A stretch of DNA of 30,820 nt from an uncultured Aquificales bacterium (GTDB lineage Bacteria; Thermosulfidibacterota; Thermosulfidibacteria; Thermosulfidibacterales; Thermosulfidibacteraceae), in contig CAYPLO010000003.1 in NCBI GenBank assembly GCA_964411615.1, positions 1-30,820 on the forward strand. The letters are read 5' to 3'. The first letter of the stretch is position 1. Each line of letters starts with the position of its first letter. Position numbers and translations under genes: made by a program. Positions 30,727 to 30,820 of the stretch are shown here, piece after piece. The notes beneath the pieces were generated by a model. It made no database searches. It was not told where the DNA came from and saw only the letters and a list, made by a program, of their open reading frames with translations.

Positions 30727-30820
30727 TACTCCTTCCCCTGTGTGCCCATGCAAAGTTCACCTCTGAAGGGGTTAACTTCTGGTCCGCCCCAGACCATACC
30801 AGGGTGGTTATCGCCCTTGA
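30690..30820 (+). CDS. Partial (5' end) secreted AMIN-domain protein, probably N-acetylmuramoyl-L-alanine amidase
   Basis: Absent from ORF track. ATG 30690 after GAGGAG gives MGKALRGLFVLLILLPLCAHA (signal peptide, A-x-A) then KFTSEGVNFWSAPDHTRVVIAL, matching the AMIN 'W..PDHTRVV' start of AmiC-like amidases. Confidence 0.7.
   Translation, partial: MGKALRGLFVLLILLPLCAHAKFTSEGVNFWSAPDHTRVVIAL

Noticed and set aside
30441..30797. Minus-strand ORFs at the right edge
   Set aside because: They overlap ribF antisense; the plus-strand signal-peptide/AMIN ORF from 30690 explains the region better

Overview
Gene-dense, mostly core-genome window from what looks like a thermophilic bacterium (AGG/ATA-rich codons, many overlapping starts and stops; lineage not determinable here). 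Order: partial FliK-like gene, bioD, trmI, hypothetical, MBL-TPR hydrolase, atypical aldehyde dehydrogenase, membrane GGDEF cyclase, then coaBC, ubiX, DUF1015, small RHH-like protein, pgeF and yjbQ (all minus). Next come pyrC-carA, rpmI-rplT-ktrA/trkA-pheS-pheT-ndk-aroE-cobO, a K+ channel and an M29 aminopeptidase (minus), an Rrf2 regulator, pepA (minus), and cheY-cheA-cheW-cheV::cheZ-like followed by apgM-purC-ribF and the start of an AMIN-domain amidase-like gene. No rRNA, tRNA, CRISPR or mobile element was recognised. The most unusual feature is the 708-aa chemotaxis ORF. It joins a complete CheV, through a GGAGG-A9 slippery tract whose two other frames stop quickly, to a separately initiable (strong internal SD + ATG 26631) CheZ-like phosphatase. 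That phosphatase carries 3-5 tandem 'DEIDQLL' helices resembling CheY~P-binding peptides upstream of its catalytic core instead of the usual C-terminal helix. All calls come from reading motifs by eye; no database searches were run.
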